Below are positions 1-8,818 of a DNA stretch of 64,000 bases, one piece after another (the first letter of the stretch is position 1; the number at the start of each line of letters is the position of its first letter). A program made the translations under genes and the position numbers. Under the pieces are notes generated by a model. That model saw nothing but the letters and a program-made list of their open reading frames with translations. It was not told the origin of the DNA and ran no database searches. This stretch comes from Acidimicrobiaceae bacterium (GTDB lineage Bacteria; Actinomycetota; Acidimicrobiia; Acidimicrobiales; Aldehydirespiratoraceae): positions 194,026 to 258,025 of the forward strand of contig VYFQ01000014.1 in the NCBI GenBank assembly GCA_009842325.1, written 5' to 3'.

Positions 1-4
1 GCGG

Positions 5-1798
5 TTGCGTCAGCAGCTCGGAAAGGCGGCCTCGGGCCAGTCCGACCTCGCCTCGGGACACCGAGTCACCATCACGAGGGCCTGGGCACTCAATCGGGCT
101 CGGCGCGGCAACCTGGCCATATCCGACGTTGGAGACGTCGTCGAGCTGGACGTTGACTCCCTCACGGTCATCCAGGGTTTGCAACCCCAGAGCCGGCTGG
201 CCGCCCGGCTGCAGGGACCGGTCAAGGCCCTGCTGAGAGTGTGGACCCGGTTCCGGCGGCACCTGGCGACCGTGGTCGGCGTCGCGCTGCGGATCCGGAG
301 CCCGGGGGATGTGGGGCGGTTCGCAGCGATGATCGTCCGGGCTGTCTGGTGGCGCCTCAGGAACGTCCGCCGGAGGCTGAAGATCTGGCTGGGCCTGCAG
401 GCCAGGAGCCGCCGCCACATCGCCCGACTGGCCCGCTACCCGCTCGGGGCCGAGATAGCTGCCTCCGGGAGGGTCGCGTCGGCCGTACTGGCGGCGTCGG
501 CCAGGGTGGCCTCTCCCGCCAGCGACCACCATGTGGACATCGTGCTCGTGGACTCGCCCGGAGCGGCGCGCTCCGTCGCGAGCGGGGCGGCCTCCCACTC
601 GCGCCCGGCTGTGGCGGTGCTGGACGAGTTGCTTCCCCGGCTCTCGGTTCAGGCATTCGATGCGGAGGCCGTGAACCCCATCGGCTGGTCGGCGGCTCAC
701 GAGCCCGAATCGGCGACGCTGCGCTCGCAGCTTCCCTCCGCCGGGCGCGGGGTCTTCAGCCACCGGATCGGCGGAGACGCCCTGGACGAGCTGCGTTCCC
801 TGCACCACTTGGAGGATCGGGCGACATTCCACCGGAGCGCCCAGCAGCGGGCGGCGGCTCTGGCCGCGCTGGCCGCGGCCGGCGTCCTGGTCAGCGTCCC
901 CGACCCCGACGCCGACCTGAAGGAGTGCCTCGGCGAGCAGCTGCACGACCTGCTGGCCGGTCCGGCCGTGGCGCGTGCCTCCACCCATGAGCGAGAGCTG
1001 TTGAGCATCACCATGCGGCGCTGCGCGCTGCGAGACCATTCATTGCGAAGCCGTGCCAAGCAGATTCTGGGCGCGACGGGCATGGACTCTCACGGGCCGG
1101 AGGTCTCCATCCTCGCGCCGACGAGGCGGCCCGAGAGACTGGGCGAGGTCATCGACACCGTGCGGTCCCAGACCTACCCGCGCCTGGAGCTCGTGCTCGC
1201 CCTCCACGGTGACGGCTTCGGTGGCGACTCGGAGATCGCCGCGCTCACCGGCACCCTCCAGCATCCGGTGCAGGTGGTGCGAGTGGATGCGGACAAGCCT
1301 CTCGGGGCCGTCCTCAACGCGGCCGTCGAAGCATCCTCGGGCACTCTGCTCACCAAGATGGACGACGACGACCACTACGCCCGCGAGCACGTCTGGGACC
1401 TGGTGCTGGCCCACGAGTACTCCCGGGCCGAGCTGGTCGGGAAGTCAGCCGAGTACGTGTACCTGGAGAGACTCGACAAGACGGTGCGAGACGCCCACCG
1501 TCAGAAGTTCTCGGAACGCTTCATACCGTTCGTCGGCGTGTCCGGCGGCGTGCTGATCATCGCGCGGCATGATCTTGACGCCGCGGGCGGCTGGCGCCGC
1601 GTCCCGCGCCGGGTCGACATCGCCCTCGCCCAGGACGTCGTCGCGGTCGGCGGCAGGATCTACTGGACCCACGGTGCCGGATACCTGCGGGTGCGACACG
1701 GCGACGAGCACACGTGGACCGTCGACGACAGCCACTTCCTGGGCCGAGCCAGCGAGGTGCGCGACGGTCTAGACCTGAGCTTTGCCGGCTTCGACTGA
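5..1798 (+). CDS. Family 2 glycosyltransferase with a long N-terminal region of unknown function (5' end may lie at or before the window edge)
   Basis: C-terminal part has a GT-A/GT2 signature: VSILAPTRRPERLGEVIDTVRSQTYPRLELVLALHGDG ... KMDDDDHY (DxD). The ORF is open from base 5. Confidence 0.7.
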   Translation: MRQQLGKAASGQSDLASGHRVTITRAWALNRARRGNLAISDVGDVVELDVDSLTVIQGLQPQSRLAARLQGPVKALLRVWTRFRRHLATVVGVALRIRSPGDVGRFAAMIVRAVWWRLRNVRRRLKIWLGLQARSRRHIARLARYPLGAEIAASGRVASAVLAASARVASPASDHHVDIVLVDSPGAARSVASGAASHSRPAVAVLDELLPRLSVQAFDAEAVNPIGWSAAHEPESATLRSQLPSAGRGVFSHRIGGDALDELRSLHHLEDRATFHRSAQQRAAALAALAAAGVLVSVPDPDADLKECLGEQLHDLLAGPAVARASTHERELLSITMRRCALRDHSLRSRAKQILGATGMDSHGPEVSILAPTRRPERLGEVIDTVRSQTYPRLELVLALHGDGFGGDSEIAALTGTLQHPVQVVRVDADKPLGAVLNAAVEASSGTLLTKMDDDDHYAREHVWDLVLAHEYSRAELVGKSAEYVYLERLDKTVRDAHRQKFSERFIPFVGVSGGVLIIARHDLDAAGGWRRVPRRVDIALAQDVVAVGGRIYWTHGAGYLRVRHGDEHTWTVDDSHFLGRASEVRDGLDLSFAGFD

Positions 1799-1833
1799 AC
1801 CGGCGACGCGGCTCATCGGCGGGTCGGGTTCGC

Positions 1834-3108
1834 TCAGGACTCGCGGGCGTGGGCCGCGTACTGGTGCTGCAGCAGGCTGCCGGCCACCAGCGTGCCGGCC
1901 AGGACCGCGGCCACCAGGGCCAGCTCCACCCGCAGGAACGGTTCGAAGTCGAAGCTGACCACGACCGCGAAAGCGGCGATCCCGGCGATCCATCCGACCA
2001 CCGCCAGCCGGGTGTGGTCCAGCGCGACCAGGCCCAGCGCCAGCGACAGCATCAGCATCAGGCCTCCCCCGCTGGCGGCCAGCAGGGCCATGTCGCTGCG
2101 GCCCAGCTCGTCGCCGAAGACGACCCGCACGATCGGCGGCCCGATCACCGCGGCCGCGGCGGTGGTGGCCAAGGCCACGGCCGCCACCGCGGCCACGATC
2201 TTGAGTTGCATCCTGCGGAACCCGACAAGGTCGCCGTGGCCGGCCAGGGTGGCCAGGCTGGGCAGCAGGCTGGCCTTCACCGCCTGGAAGAAGAACAGCG
2301 GGATGCGGGCGATGAGCATGCCGTTGAGGAACACGCCGGGAGCCTCGGCCCCCAACTCGTCGCCGCCCACGATGTCCACCGCCACCGGCCCGACGTTGAG
2401 TATGAAGGCCTCGCCGATGGCCGCAATGAGCAGGAAGCCGAGGGCCGGCGTGAGCTCCCGGTACGTGGCGGGGGGCCCGGCTCGCACGAAGGGCCGGCGG
2501 GGGCCGGCCGCGGCGACCGTGGCGACCACCAGCGCGAAGGCGATGGCCAGCCCGTAGGCGCCCACCGCGGCCACGCCGACGATTGCCAGCACCACGGCCA
2601 GGGCCATGCGGGCCCCGCCCTCGACCACGAAGTACCAGGCGTAGCGGTCGAACATGTGGCGGCCGCCGAGGATGCCCCGCACCAGTTGGGAGCCGGCGAA
2701 CGCGCCCAGGGCGAGAACGAGGGCCAGGAGCAGCTCGGGCCGGCCGTCGAGCAGGCTGTCGAGCCCGAGCGGCCAGGCCACCAGCAGGCCCGCGATGACC
2801 AGCACGAACTGTGCCGCGCCCAGCACTCCCGCCCGACTCAGCACCGGTGCGCTGCCGACTCCCCGGCTGGCCCGGTCGGCGGTGGCCCGGGCCACCTCCT
2901 GCTCGAGGGGCTGGAACAGCCCGAAGCCGCCGATGTTGACCAGGGCCCACAGCACGGCCAGGCTGCCGTAGCCGTCGTCGCCCAGGGCGCTCTGGGCCAC
3001 CACCAGGTACCCGTAGGTGGTTAGGCCGTTGAAGACCAGCCCCCAGAGGATCCAAGAGGTGCCGAAGGGCAGCAGGCTGACTACGCGCCCCCGGAGATTG
3101 TTCAGCAA
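1834..3108 (-). CDS. Polytopic membrane protein, polysaccharide flippase-like (Wzx/MOP superfamily type)
   Basis: 424 aa with many hydrophobic helices in series. It converges on the GT2 gene. The start is TTG at 3108 in the track; start uncertain. Confidence 0.5.
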   Translation of the reverse strand: MLNNLRGRVVSLLPFGTSWILWGLVFNGLTTYGYLVVAQSALGDDGYGSLAVLWALVNIGGFGLFQPLEQEVARATADRASRGVGSAPVLSRAGVLGAAQFVLVIAGLLVAWPLGLDSLLDGRPELLLALVLALGAFAGSQLVRGILGGRHMFDRYAWYFVVEGGARMALAVVLAIVGVAAVGAYGLAIAFALVVATVAAAGPRRPFVRAGPPATYRELTPALGFLLIAAIGEAFILNVGPVAVDIVGGDELGAEAPGVFLNGMLIARIPLFFFQAVKASLLPSLATLAGHGDLVGFRRMQLKIVAAVAAVALATTAAAAVIGPPIVRVVFGDELGRSDMALLAASGGGLMLMLSLALGLVALDHTRLAVVGWIAGIAAFAVVVSFDFEPFLRVELALVAAVLAGTLVAGSLLQHQYAAHARES

Positions 3109-3133
3109 CTGTCCGATGGCGCGGTCCTTCTGC

Positions 3134-3195
3134 TTCGCTCCTGTTCGCTGCGCTCACGGGCCGCTCGGGCCACGGCCTCGCTAGCGCTCGGCCTC
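3134..3195. repeat. Copy 1 of a ~60 nt intergenic repeat lying just 5' of a minus-strand gene
   Basis: ttcgctcctgttcgctGcgctcacgggccgctcgggccacggcctcgcTagcGCtcggcctc is almost identical to 4414-4473. Confidence 0.85.
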
Positions 3196-3246
3196 AGGCA
3201 GGAACTTGAACCTCCGGAGTCTAGATTGCGACGAGGCTAGAGGTAG

Positions 3247-4407
3247 CTAGGAGAGCGTCGGCATGCAGAGGCCGTCGAGTTCGCCGACCTGGATGCGGTC
3301 CCGGTTGTCGTAGGTGACCTCGTTGGAGGGGTCGGGCCGCAGCTTGAACTCGCGGAAGCTCATCTCCAGAGCGTCGAAGGCCACCAGGCGGCCCCGCAGC
3401 GAGTCCCCCACTCCCAGGATCAGCTTGATGGCCTCCAGGGCCTGCACGCTGCCGACGATGCCGGGCAGCACGCCCAGCACTCCGGCCTCGGCGCAGCTCG
3501 GCGCCATCTCCGGCGGAGGGGGCTCGGGCAGCATGTCGCGGTAGGTGGGCCCGTTGCGGGGGTCGAACACGGTGACCTGGCCCTCGAAGCGGAAGATCGA
3601 CCCGTGTACCACCGGTATGCCGAGCTTCACTGAGGCGTCGTTGAGCAGGTAGCGGCTCGGGAAGTTGTCGGCCCCGTCGACCACCACGTCGTAGCCGTCG
3701 AGGATCTCCATGACGTTGTCGGCGCCGAGCCGGGCGTCGTAGGTGACGACGTTGACGTCGGGGTTCAGCGCGGTGAGGGTCTTCTTGGCCGAGTCGACCT
3801 TGCGGTCGCCCACCCGGTCGACGTTGTGCAGGACCTGGCGCTGGAGGTTGGACTCGTCGACCACGTCCATGTCGATGATGCCGATGGTGCCCACTCCCGC
3901 GGCCGCGAGGTACAGCGCCGCCGGGGAGCCGAGACCTCCCGCGCCGAGCAGCAGGACCTTGGCGTCGAGCAGCTTGAGCTGCCCGTCCTCGCCCACCTCG
4001 GGCACCAGCAGGTGGCGCTGGTAGCGGTTGCGCTGATCGGGCGACAGGGTGCGGGGCCGCGCCCAGGCCCGGCCCTCGTCCTTCCACTTGTTGAAGCCGC
4101 CGTCCATGGACACCACGTCGGTGTAGCCCATCTGCTCGAGCGTCACCGCCGCGAAGGCGGAGCGCACGCCGCCCGCGCACATGGCCACCAGCGGGGTGGA
4201 CCGGTCGGACACGCGGTTCTCGATGCTCGACTCGAGCTGGCCCCGCGGGATGTGCACGGAGCCGGCGATGGCTCCCTGCTCGTACTCGTCGGGCTCGCGC
4301 ACGTCGAGCAGGGTCCAGCCCTCGCTCAGCAGCTGCTCGCCGCCGGCGGTGTCGACCTCGCGGATCTCGGCCTTGGCCTGCTGCAATAGTTCTCTGAAGC
4401 TCGCCAT
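3247..4407 (-). CDS. Rhodanese-ThiF/MoeB-family adenylyltransferase/sulfurtransferase (MoeZ-like, but with the rhodanese domain N-terminal)
   Basis: N-terminal rhodanese motif LLDVREPDEYEQGAIAGSVHIPRG. ThiF Rossmann motif LLLGAGGLGSPAALYLAAAGVGTIGIIDMDVVDESNLQRQ. Start placed at ATG 4407, because 4414-4437 belongs to the noncoding repeat; alternative start at 4437. Confidence 0.8.
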   Translation of the reverse strand: MASFRELLQQAKAEIREVDTAGGEQLLSEGWTLLDVREPDEYEQGAIAGSVHIPRGQLESSIENRVSDRSTPLVAMCAGGVRSAFAAVTLEQMGYTDVVSMDGGFNKWKDEGRAWARPRTLSPDQRNRYQRHLLVPEVGEDGQLKLLDAKVLLLGAGGLGSPAALYLAAAGVGTIGIIDMDVVDESNLQRQVLHNVDRVGDRKVDSAKKTLTALNPDVNVVTYDARLGADNVMEILDGYDVVVDGADNFPSRYLLNDASVKLGIPVVHGSIFRFEGQVTVFDPRNGPTYRDMLPEPPPPEMAPSCAEAGVLGVLPGIVGSVQALEAIKLILGVGDSLRGRLVAFDALEMSFREFKLRPDPSNEVTYDNRDRIQVGELDGLCMPTLS

Positions 4408-4413
4408 CGGTCG

Positions 4414-4473
4414 TTCGCTCCTGTTCGCTTCGCTCACGGGCCGCTCGGGCCACGGCCTCGCAAGCTCGGCCTC
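4414..4473. repeat. Copy 2 of the ~60 nt intergenic repeat
   Basis: Near-identical to 3134-3195. It lies immediately upstream of the rhodanese-ThiF start. Confidence 0.85.
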
Positions 4474-4528
4474 TGGCTAAACCCTACCTGTCTTGTCAGG
4501 ATTTAGCCACCCCAGCGAGGACCGGTGA

Positions 4529-5308
4529 CTAGTCGATGGGATCTAGCCCGCAGATCACCGGTAGCACTTCGCTGATGGAGCCGCCCACCAGCACGTCGGC
4601 CAGCGCGTCGAACTCGGTGGGCTCGCCGTTCACGATGACCAGGCCGGCCCCCGACTGCGCGGCCAGGGGGGCGGTCATGTTGATGGGCGACACGGCCAGC
4701 GTCGTGCCCACCGCCAGGAACAGGTCGCATTCCACGGCGGCCCGCTCGGCTCGGGCCAGGTCGACCGGGTTGAGGCTCTGGCCGAACGACACCGTGGCCG
4801 CTTTCAGGATCCATCCGCAAAGGGGGCACTGCGGGTCCGGCTCCCCGGCCCGCACCCGATCCAGAGCGACCTCGATGTCGTCGCGGTAGTCGCACGACAG
4901 GCACTGCACCTTGCGGGTCGTGCCGTGTATCTCGACCACCCGTTCGGGATCGCTGCCGGCCCGCTGGTGGAGCTCGTCCACGTTCTGGGTGATCAGCAGA
5001 TTGAGCTTGCCCCGCTGCTCCAGGTGGACTAGCGCTTCGTGGCCCCGGTTCGGCTCGACGTCAGCCCACAGCGCTCCAGAAGCCCGGCGGGCCCAGTTGC
5101 TGCGGCGCACTTCGGGATCCGACACGTAGACGTTGATGTTCGAGGCCCGCTCGGCCGCGGGATCGCGTGTCCATAGCCCCTTCGGACCCCGGAAGTCGGG
5201 CAGTCCGCTGTCGGTGGAGATGCCGGCCCCGGTGAGGACAGTGACGCGTTCGGCGGCATCGACCATCCGGCGGGCCGCGGCGACCGCGGCCGCAGCATCC
5301 GCGAGCAC
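4529..5308 (-). CDS. cobB: NAD-dependent protein deacetylase, Sir2 family
   Basis: GAGISTDSGLPDFRGPKGLW, ITQNVDELHQRAG, and the zinc Cys pairs CLSC...CPLC. GTG start at 5308. Confidence 0.85.
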   Translation of the reverse strand: MLADAAAAVAAARRMVDAAERVTVLTGAGISTDSGLPDFRGPKGLWTRDPAAERASNINVYVSDPEVRRSNWARRASGALWADVEPNRGHEALVHLEQRGKLNLLITQNVDELHQRAGSDPERVVEIHGTTRKVQCLSCDYRDDIEVALDRVRAGEPDPQCPLCGWILKAATVSFGQSLNPVDLARAERAAVECDLFLAVGTTLAVSPINMTAPLAAQSGAGLVIVNGEPTEFDALADVLVGGSISEVLPVICGLDPID

Positions 5309-5386
5309 GCCGCCAGAGTAGCGGAGCCGGCGCGGCCATCGGCCTTGCTTGCTAAATCAGCAGAAAAAATGTCTTGAGATTTCTGT

Positions 5387-5415
5387 TTGACAAGCATCGA
5401 CTGTCAACATATGTT
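5387..5415 (+). promoter_or_regulatory. Candidate sigma-70-type promoter with an overlapping palindrome, upstream of the 5489 gene
   Basis: TTGACA (5387-5392), 17 nt, TATGTT (5410-5415). TTGACA-N9-TGTCAA inverted repeat, plus a third TTGACA at about 5422. Sits in an AT-rich divergent intergenic region. Confidence 0.35.
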
Positions 5416-5488
5416 CAGACATTGACACTTCCCCCGGACATCTTGCAACTGAGGCGCTCGCGAGCGCCCGCATTCTTGGAGAGACATC

Positions 5489-6115
5489 ATGACTTCGTCC
5501 ATCAACCTCCCGCCTGCGGTCCTCGACTCAGAGGTGATCACGCTGATTCCATGGATCGACCACCGCGTCGACGCCTTCGGTCACGACCCGAGATCCACCT
5601 ACGTCGAACAGTTCTGGCTCGGAACGCTGGGCCCTTCCACCACCTGGTTCCTGCGCCATTGCGCCAACCTGCTCGACGACGCCGGCAGCACGGCCGTCAA
5701 TCTGCGGGAAACAGCCGGCACCCTGGGTATCGGACACGAGGGCGGCTCGCGCAGCGCCATGTCAAAGACGGTTGCTAGAGCCTGCCGGTTCCGGGCGGCA
5801 CGATCCGTGGGGTCGGCAACCCTGGCCGTCCGCCTTCGACTGCCGCAACTCAGCTACCGCCAGGTGCAACGCCTGCCAGAACCGGTGCAGCGACGCCATG
5901 AAGAGTACCTTGCGGTCAACTTGAGTCGGGACGAGGTGTGCCGGCAGCAGTCGCGGGCCCGGCGGCTGGCCGTGTGCCTGATCGAGTGCGGTGACAGCTT
6001 CGAACAGACAGAGAGGCTGCTGGCTCGGATGAGCTACCACCCCGCCATCGTTGCCGAGGCAGTCCGCTGGGCATGGAGCCTCCATCACGGGCGGTCTTCC
6101 CCCGAGGCGGCCTGA
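5489..6115 (+). CDS. Hypothetical protein (208 aa)
   Basis: Clean ORF downstream of the AT-rich promoter region. No family recognised with confidence. Confidence 0.45.
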   Translation: MTSSINLPPAVLDSEVITLIPWIDHRVDAFGHDPRSTYVEQFWLGTLGPSTTWFLRHCANLLDDAGSTAVNLRETAGTLGIGHEGGSRSAMSKTVARACRFRAARSVGSATLAVRLRLPQLSYRQVQRLPEPVQRRHEEYLAVNLSRDEVCRQQSRARRLAVCLIECGDSFEQTERLLARMSYHPAIVAEAVRWAWSLHHGRSSPEAA

Positions 6116-6157
6116 CTTCCGCTCCTGCCGTGATGTAGCGTCGGAACCGGTCAGGGG

Positions 6158-7210
6158 GTGCACATGGAGCCCGGAATACCCACCGGTATCGACGACATCG
6201 ACGACGAATGGCTGTCGCACGCCATGGGTTCGCCGGTGCGGATCACCGGCATCGACGACATCGGGACCGGGGTCGGGATGATCGGCGCCATCTACCGGGC
6301 GACGCTGGAGGGTGACGGCCCCGACACCGTGGTCTTCAAGATGCCCGGCCTCGACGAGACGGCCCGCTTCACGGCCCAGATCCTGCGCCTCAACATCCGC
6401 GAGGTCGGCTTCTACCGGGAACTGGCCGCCGAGAGCCCCATCCGGGTCCCCCACTGCCACTTCGGTGCCGTCGATCCCGAAACCCACGAGTTCGTGCTGG
6501 TGCTGGAGGACGTGGGCTCGTACCGGGCCGTCAGCCAGATCGGGGGCATGGGCCGGGCCGACGCCGAGCAGGCCGTGGACGAGCTGGCCGCCTGGCACGC
6601 CCACTGGTGGGGCAAGGCCGACCCGATCGTGGAGCGCGGCACCGCGATGGCAATCCACGATCCCATCTACCCGATGCTGCTGCCGCCGGTGTTCTCCGAC
6701 GGCTGGGCCAAGGTCCGGGGGGCGATGAGCGTCCCCCGGGTCGTAGAGACGGTCGCCGACGGCTGGGTGGAGGCCCTGCCCGAGATGCTGGGGTCGCTGG
6801 CGACGACGCCGAGCACCCTGGTCCACGGCGACTACCGGGCCGACAACATGTTCTTCGACGACGACGGGCGGGTCGTGCTGCTCGACTTCCAGGTCATCGG
6901 CCAGTCCATGCCCGTGGGTGACCTGGCCTACTTCGTCACCGGGAGCCTCTCCCCCGCTACCGCCTCGGAGATCGAGCCGGGGCTGTACGAGCGCTGGCTG
7001 AGCGCCCTCGCATCGGAGGGGGCACCCGAGTCGGAGCTCGACGGGATGTGGGACATCTACCGCGGCGCGGTGCTGTTCTGCGTCTGCTACCCGATGATCG
7101 CCGGCGCGGGCATGGACCTCACCGACGAGCGCCAGCGGGGATTGCTGGAGGCCACCTTCGAGCGCTTCGAGCGGGCTGCCGACGAGCTGAGCCTGACGGA
7201 CCTGCTCTGA
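6158..7210 (+). CDS. Phosphotransferase-family (APH / ecdysteroid-kinase-like) protein
   Basis: Catalytic-loop signature LVHGDYRADNMFFDDDGRVVLLDFQ. Confidence 0.75.
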   Translation: MHMEPGIPTGIDDIDDEWLSHAMGSPVRITGIDDIGTGVGMIGAIYRATLEGDGPDTVVFKMPGLDETARFTAQILRLNIREVGFYRELAAESPIRVPHCHFGAVDPETHEFVLVLEDVGSYRAVSQIGGMGRADAEQAVDELAAWHAHWWGKADPIVERGTAMAIHDPIYPMLLPPVFSDGWAKVRGAMSVPRVVETVADGWVEALPEMLGSLATTPSTLVHGDYRADNMFFDDDGRVVLLDFQVIGQSMPVGDLAYFVTGSLSPATASEIEPGLYERWLSALASEGAPESELDGMWDIYRGAVLFCVCYPMIAGAGMDLTDERQRGLLEATFERFERAADELSLTDLL

Positions 7211-7320
7211 GCGGCTGCGACTCTCGCGCGGCGTTCTAGCCGGACCCCCTGAACGACAAGGCCAGCTCGACCAGGGTGCGCACGCCAAAGCCGGTACCGC
7301 CCTTGGAGATCTCGCCATCG
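7178..7320. repeat. Left direct repeat of the islet: the true 3' end of the kinase gene plus a decayed 3' remnant of pepA
   Basis: 7184-7210 matches 11254-11280, with one mismatch seen. 7254-7320 matches 11314-11380, with 5 mismatches in 67 nt by my count. On the minus strand 7254-7320 translates to DGEISKGGTGFGVRTLVELAL, which is the pepA C-terminus. Confidence 0.8.
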
Positions 7321-7400
7321 AGGGAATCCATGTGACACCGGTGATGCAAGGGTGATACTCTTTAGGCAGCCGGGTGAGCGACAATCGAGGAGAGTTGACC

Positions 7401-7667
7401 ATGAGTCAAACACCCGATGCTCCGGCTGCCTGGCCTGCCGAGCACAGCGAGACTAGCAGTTGGCTGATGCGCCTAGTCATGACCGAGAGATTCCAGATCA
7501 TCAACGCGATTGCGGCCGTGCCCCTCGTGGCGGTCTGCATCGCGATGCTGAACGGCAACTATCACCCTGTCGCCGTCGCCGTATTGTCGTGGCCGCTGTT
7601 GATTCCGATATGGGTCTTCGGCAGAAAACTCACCGGCAGGCCCGTCGTACGGACTCGCTCGCAATAA
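7401..7667 (+). CDS. Small two-helix membrane protein
   Basis: GAGGAG Shine-Dalgarno at 7387-7392, about 8 nt before ATG 7401. Hydrophobic segments IINAIAAVPLVAVCIAML and VAVAVLSWPLLIPIWVF. Confidence 0.4.
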   Translation: MSQTPDAPAAWPAEHSETSSWLMRLVMTERFQIINAIAAVPLVAVCIAMLNGNYHPVAVAVLSWPLLIPIWVFGRKLTGRPVVRTRSQ

Positions 7668-7890
7668 TCAGGTCGACTCGGCTGTTGAGAAGTTGCTCGT
7701 CGACGGCGGGGTGATCTGTGTCACCGGATTCGTGTGCAGCATTGTGCGCTTCAATGGCTGATCCCCAGACGTTTTCGGCGCGGGCCTGACCAACTGCTGC
7801 GGCGCGACAGTCCGATGACGAAGCGCCGCAGCCAGCCAGCACCAACAACAGGACTGCCCCCGGCACGGCAAGGTACCTACGTGTCGTCAA
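7630..7890 (-). CDS. Possible small lipoprotein
   Basis: TTG start gives (M)TTRRYLAVPGAVLLLVLAGCGASS, with lipobox LAGC. Short, and the start is uncertain. Confidence 0.3.
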   Translation of the reverse strand: MTTRRYLAVPGAVLLLVLAGCGASSSDCRAAAVGQARAENVWGSAIEAHNAAHESGDTDHPAVDEQLLNSRVDLIIASESVRRACR

Positions 7891-7974
7891 TAGTAGGGGT
7901 GGTTGGGCGGGGCCATTCCACGCCGGGTAAGCGTTCCGGTTGGCCCCGCCCAACGCTCCTTTTGAGCAGGGCAT

Positions 7975-8379
7975 CTAGCTGTGCGCCCAGCGCAGAACCT
8001 GTTCGCAGGCGACGTACGTGCCGCCAGCCGCGACCCCGCCAGCCACGGGGTTTCCTCCAGTCGCACCGGTCGCCGCCGATGCCGCGACCGTTGCGACGGT
8101 CGTGCATACGACGACGTGGTACCAGTGGCCGTGTGGAATGCCGCAGACCTGTGTCCACACCGGCCCATATATCGGTCGGCTGTAGTCGGGCCGCACGCCG
8201 GAATCTTGCGGGCCGCTGGGGGCGACCTGCGTAGTGTGGTAGCCAACTACGCCTTGGACGTAGCGGCCCTCACACTTGGTGTGAGCGGAGGCGGGTTCGG
8301 GGTCTACGGCAGCGTCCACGACGAGGCCAGCACCGGCCAGCGTCAACACCACTAGAAGGGCCAAGGTGACACGCAACAT
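7975..8379 (-). CDS. Secreted or membrane-anchored Cys-containing protein with a Gly/Ala-rich C-terminal hydrophobic region
   Basis: Signal peptide MLRVTLALLVVLTLAGAGLVV...ASA. Four Cys. C-terminus is TTVATVAASAATGATGGNPVAGGVAAGG. AT-rich upstream region. Confidence 0.45.
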   Translation of the reverse strand: MLRVTLALLVVLTLAGAGLVVDAAVDPEPASAHTKCEGRYVQGVVGYHTTQVAPSGPQDSGVRPDYSRPIYGPVWTQVCGIPHGHWYHVVVCTTVATVAASAATGATGGNPVAGGVAAGGTYVACEQVLRWAHS

Positions 8380-8521
8380 CAGTTCTGTGACTTTCTGCTT
8401 GCCGCTCACCCGGCGTCTGAAATAACTGTATAGCAAGAAATAAAGGAACCTGTCAACTCTTCATGACATTTTTGATCGAATGACTACGAATTGCTGAGCC
8501 AAGCTCCCTAGCGGGCATCAA

Positions 8522-8680
8522 GACGGACGGGTCGTGCTGCTCAACTTCCAGGTCATCGGCCAGTCCCATGCCGGTGGGCGACCTGGCCTACTTCGTCACC
8601 GGGAGCCTCTCCCCCGCCACCGCCTCGGAGATCGAGCAGTCGCTCTACGACGCTGACTCAGCGCCCTCGCATCGGAGGGC
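8522..8680 (+). pseudogene. Decayed internal fragment of the phosphotransferase gene
   Basis: Aligns to 6864-7022 with substitutions and a frame-disturbing indel (cagtcccatgccggtg versus cagtccatgcccgtg). The 84-aa track ORF 8568-8822 reads through it. Confidence 0.7.
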
Positions 8681-8818
8681 GACGCGCTCAGCCATGCGCC
8701 TCTCAGCCAAGAAGGGAGACGATCGGGCCGACCGTATCGTGGCGGAAGCCAACGCTACTGAGCTAGCTGGCGAGCTGAGGACCATGCTGACGTCCTGCGG
8801 TCGCACCGCCTTCAGCTG

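Noticed and set aside
1714-3157. Two long overlapping ORFs (436 aa plus strand, 462 aa minus strand) across the flippase-like gene
   Set aside because: Arg/Gly/Pro/His-rich low-complexity translations, typical of off-frame or antisense shadow ORFs in high-G+C DNA. The 1834-3108 frame gives a coherent multi-helix membrane protein.
5762-7402. 546-aa minus-strand ORF covering the kinase gene
   Set aside because: Antisense shadow ORF. Its translation has no recognisable motifs, while the plus-strand frames encode a clear kinase-fold protein.
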